DNA of 64,000 bases from an uncultured Chloroflexia bacterium. Lineage in GTDB: Bacteria; Chloroflexota; Dehalococcoidia; UBA2979. The DNA lies in NCBI GenBank assembly GCA_963728205.1, contig CAVSIV010000004.1, positions 32,001-96,000 of the forward strand. The letters are read 5' to 3'. Below, one piece after another: positions 61,312 to 64,000 of this stretch (positions are counted from its first letter, which is position 1; every line of letters starts with the position of its first letter). The notes under the pieces were generated by a model. It had not been told where the DNA came from. It was given only the letters and a program-made list of their open reading frames with translations, and did not search any database. Both the position numbers and the translations under genes were made by a program.

Positions 61312-62138
61312 CAGATCGGCGCGCCGAGCCGACGCAGCAGCGTGCGACAGGCCTCGGGCGCGCCCGCCGCGTACGGCGGCACCCCAATCTGCTGCGGCGA
61401 GAGGGCCAGCGGAGTCCCGTCCACCCGCAGCACCCCGCCGCCGACCCCTTCGAGCACCGCGACCCCGCCGGCGACGTCCCACACCGAGCGTGGGCCCGTC
61501 GAGAAGTAGACGTCCGCCTGCCCCGTCGCCGCGTGCACGAGCTTCACGGCGGCCGAGCCGCACGGATACACGTCGTAGGGAATCTGGTACTGCAGCTCGC
61601 GCCACTCGTAGTCGTGCCGCGACACCACGACGCGGCTCACCGACCCATCCTCGCCGAGCGCCGCCATCGGCTCGCCGTCGCGGCGCGCCTCGCGACGGTC
61701 GCCGGCGACCAGCCCCGAGAGCACGGAGCGCTCCGGCGGCAACCCCACCGCGCCGAGCACGAGCCGGTCGTCGACGAACAGCCCGACCGAGACCCCGAAC
61801 TCGGGAAGCCCGCGCAGGAACTCGCGCGTGCCGTCGAGCGGGTCGACGACCCAGGTCGGCTCGCCGCGGATCAGCGGCGCGACCTGCACCGACTCCTCCG
61901 ACAGCCAGTGCGAGCCGCCGATCAGCGGGACGAGACGCTCGTGCAGGACGTCGTCGGCCGCGTGATCGGCCTCGGTGACGGGTCCCTCGCCGGGCTTGTG
62001 ACCGACGCGCACGTAGTCCTGGTCGAGCACGCCGCGGATGGCGTCGTTCGCCTCGCGGATCGCGGCCTCCAGGCCGTCCCGGACCGCGTCCAGGTCCAGC
62101 CCCGGCAGGAACGACCCGCCGGCCCGCGGCTCGCTCAC
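61311..62138 (-). CDS. Inositol monophosphatase / CysQ family protein
   Basis: PVTEAD, LSEE, WVVDPLDGTREF, WDVAGG. Confidence 0.9.
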   Translation of the reverse strand: MSEPRAGGSFLPGLDLDAVRDGLEAAIREANDAIRGVLDQDYVRVGHKPGEGPVTEADHAADDVLHERLVPLIGGSHWLSEESVQVAPLIRGEPTWVVDPLDGTREFLRGLPEFGVSVGLFVDDRLVLGAVGLPPERSVLSGLVAGDRREARRDGEPMAALGEDGSVSRVVVSRHDYEWRELQYQIPYDVYPCGSAAVKLVHAATGQADVYFSTGPRSVWDVAGGVAVLEGVGGGVLRVDGTPLALSPQQIGVPPYAAGAPEACRTLLRRLGAPI

Positions 62139-62145
62139 CGCGCGC

Positions 62146-62904
62146 TCACAGGCTCGCGCCGCCGTCGACCACGATCGTCTGGCCCGTAACGTGCACGTTG
62201 TGCTCGATGAAGCCGAGGATCGCGTCGGCGCAGGTCTCCGGCGTGGCGACCGCGCCCAGCGGCGCGCGCCGGGCCGCGGCATCGCGCGCCTGCTCGTAGC
62301 GCTCGCCGAGCCCGCCGCGCAGCCAGCGGCCGTCGATGAACCCCGGCGCGATGCAGTTGACCCGGATCTCGGGCCCGAGGACGCGCGCCAGCGACTTCGT
62401 CATCGCGATGATCGCGGCCTTCGAGGCCGCGTACGGGATGGACGAGCCGCCGCCGTTGATCCCGGCGATCGACGCCACGTTCACCACGGCGCCTTCGCCC
62501 GCCGCCTTCATGTGCGGCGCCGCGGCGCGCGTGCAGTTGAACGTCCCGCGCACGTTCGTGCCGATGATGCCCTCCCAGACCTCGTCGGTGACGCGGTCGA
62601 GCTCGGCGTGCGGGATGAACTGCGTCATCCCGGCGTTGTTCACGAGGATGTGCAGCGCGCCGAAGGTGTCGACGGCTTCCCGGATCAGCGCGCGGCACTG
62701 CGCGTCGTCGCCGACGTCGGCCTGCACCGCGTGCGCGGCGCCGCCGGCCGCGCGGATGCCGTTCACGACCTCCTCGGCGTCGGCCGCCGAGTGTGCGTAG
62801 TTCACGACGACCTTCGCGCCCAGCCGCGCCAGCCGCTCCGCCGTCGCCCGGCCCACGCCGGCCGACGACCCGGTGACGACCGCGACCTTGCCCGCAACGT
62901 CCAT
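62146..62904 (-). CDS. SDR family oxidoreductase
   Basis: TGSSAGVG, NNAG, YAASK. Confidence 0.92.
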   Translation of the reverse strand: MDVAGKVAVVTGSSAGVGRATAERLARLGAKVVVNYAHSAADAEEVVNGIRAAGGAAHAVQADVGDDAQCRALIREAVDTFGALHILVNNAGMTQFIPHAELDRVTDEVWEGIIGTNVRGTFNCTRAAAPHMKAAGEGAVVNVASIAGINGGGSSIPYAASKAAIIAMTKSLARVLGPEIRVNCIAPGFIDGRWLRGGLGERYEQARDAAARRAPLGAVATPETCADAILGFIEHNVHVTGQTIVVDGGASL

Positions 62905-62979
62905 CGCCCGCTCGCTTCCCGTCGCGGCGCCCGCCGCTCCCCAGGCCCTCCGGTGGGCCGATGCTACACTCGCGCCACG

Positions 62980-64000
62980 ATGCCGACGAATGACGCCTCC
63001 CCGCTCGTCCGCGACCTCCAGGCGGCGCTCGGCGAGGCTCACGTCCTCTTCGCACCCGAGGATCTCCTCGTCTACGAGTACGACGCGACGATCGACCGCG
63101 CGCTGCCGGACGTCGTCGTCTTCCCGTGCTCGGCGGAGGACGTCGCCGCGGTGGTGCGCGTCGCAACCGCGCACGGCACGCCGATCGTGCCGCGCGGGTC
63201 GGGCACGGGGCTGGCGGGCGGCGCGCTCGCCGTGCGCGGCGGCGTGCTCGTCGTGATGACGCGGATGAACCGCATCCTCGAGATTCGACCGGGCGAACCG
63301 CGTGGCGGTCGTCGAGCCCGGCGTCATCAACCTCGACCTGCAGCAAGCCGTCGCGGCGCACGGCCTGGCCTACGCGCCGGACCCCTCGTCGCAGCGCGTC
63401 TGCACGCTCGGCGGGAACATCGCGAACAACTCGGGCGGGCCGCACACGCTCGCGCACGGGTCGACGGTGAACCACGTGCTCGGCGTCGAGGTGGCGCTGC
63501 CCGACGGCCGGCTGGTGTGGCTGGGCGGACGGCTGCCGGACATGCCGGGTCCGGACCTCCGCGGGCTGTTCGTGGGCTCCGAGGGCACGCTCGGCATCGC
63601 CACGAAAATCTGCGTGCGCCTGGTCCCACAGGCCGAGGCCGTGCGTACGATGCTCGGCGTCTTCGACAGCGTGGAGGCGGCGTCGGAGGCGGTCTCGGCG
63701 ATCATCCGCCGCGGGGTGATCCCGGTCGCGCTGGAGATGCTCGACCAGGAGATCATCCGCATCGTCGAGCCGCGCATCCAGGCGGGCTACCCGCTCGACG
63801 CCGGCGCCGTGCTGCTGATCGAGGTCGAGGGGCTGCGCGAAGGCGTCGCGCTCGAGGCCGACGCGGTGGTCGCCGCGTGCCGCGAGCAGGGCGCGCGCGA
63901 GGTGCGCGTGGCCGAGGAAGCCGCGGAGCGAGAGCGCCTGTGGGAGGCGCGCAAGGCCGGCATCGGCGCGATCGGCGCGGCCAGCCCGGCGTTCTACCTG
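62980..64000 (+). CDS. FAD-linked oxidase, GlcD-like (3' partial, +1 frameshift near 63284)
   Basis: YEYDA, PRGSGTGLAGG, then DPSSQ..TLGGNIANNSGGPH and GSEGTLG in the next frame; runs off the window end. Confidence 0.88.
   Translation, partial: MPTNDASPLVRDLQAALGEAHVLFAPEDLLVYEYDATIDRALPDVVVFPCSAEDVAAVVRVATAHGTPIVPRGSGTGLAGGALAVRGGVLVVMTRMNRILEIRPGEPRGGRRARRHQPRPAASRRGARPGLRAGPLVAARLHARREHREQLGRAAHARARVDGEPRARRRGGAARRPAGVAGRTAAGHAGSGPPRAVRGLRGHARHRHENLRAPGPTGRGRAYDARRLRQRGGGVGGGLGDHPPRGDPGRAGDARPGDHPHRRAAHPGGLPARRRRRAADRGRGAARRRRARGRRGGRRVPRAGRARGARGRGSRGARAPVGGAQGRHRRDRRGQPGVLP

Overview
A very GC-rich bacterial chromosomal segment. The many LLM/F420, SDR, crotonase and amidohydrolase genes and the style of the secreted proteins suggest Chloroflexota (Dehalococcoidia-like) or Actinomycetota; this is an inference. 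It holds about 58 mostly metabolic CDSs, including a menaquinone cluster (menF-LLM-menD-menH-menA-menC-menE, no menB), acetate-CoA ligase with citrate synthase, rnd, a Lon-like protease and a membrane sensor-PAS-GGDEF-EAL protein. Six genes are broken by single-base insertions, probably sequencing errors. I found no rRNA, tRNA, CRISPR array or transposase. Items the ORF track misses or truncates: (1) a self-contained promoter-RBS-12-aa ORF-terminator unit (MRAKWTAGIEWT) directly downstream of the c-di-GMP sensor gene, a candidate peptide signal/receptor pair; (2) a DsbA/FrnE-type selenoprotein with an in-frame UGA (UPWC) and a SECIS-like hairpin; (3) a 28-aa Lys/Ala/Pro histone-H1-like microprotein with its own terminator; (4) a REP-like palindrome family of about 22 copies, as singlets, inverted doublets and a 9 x 52-bp tandem array. 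A PHP-MaoC fusion gene is also unusual. All family calls come from motif recognition by eye, not database searches.
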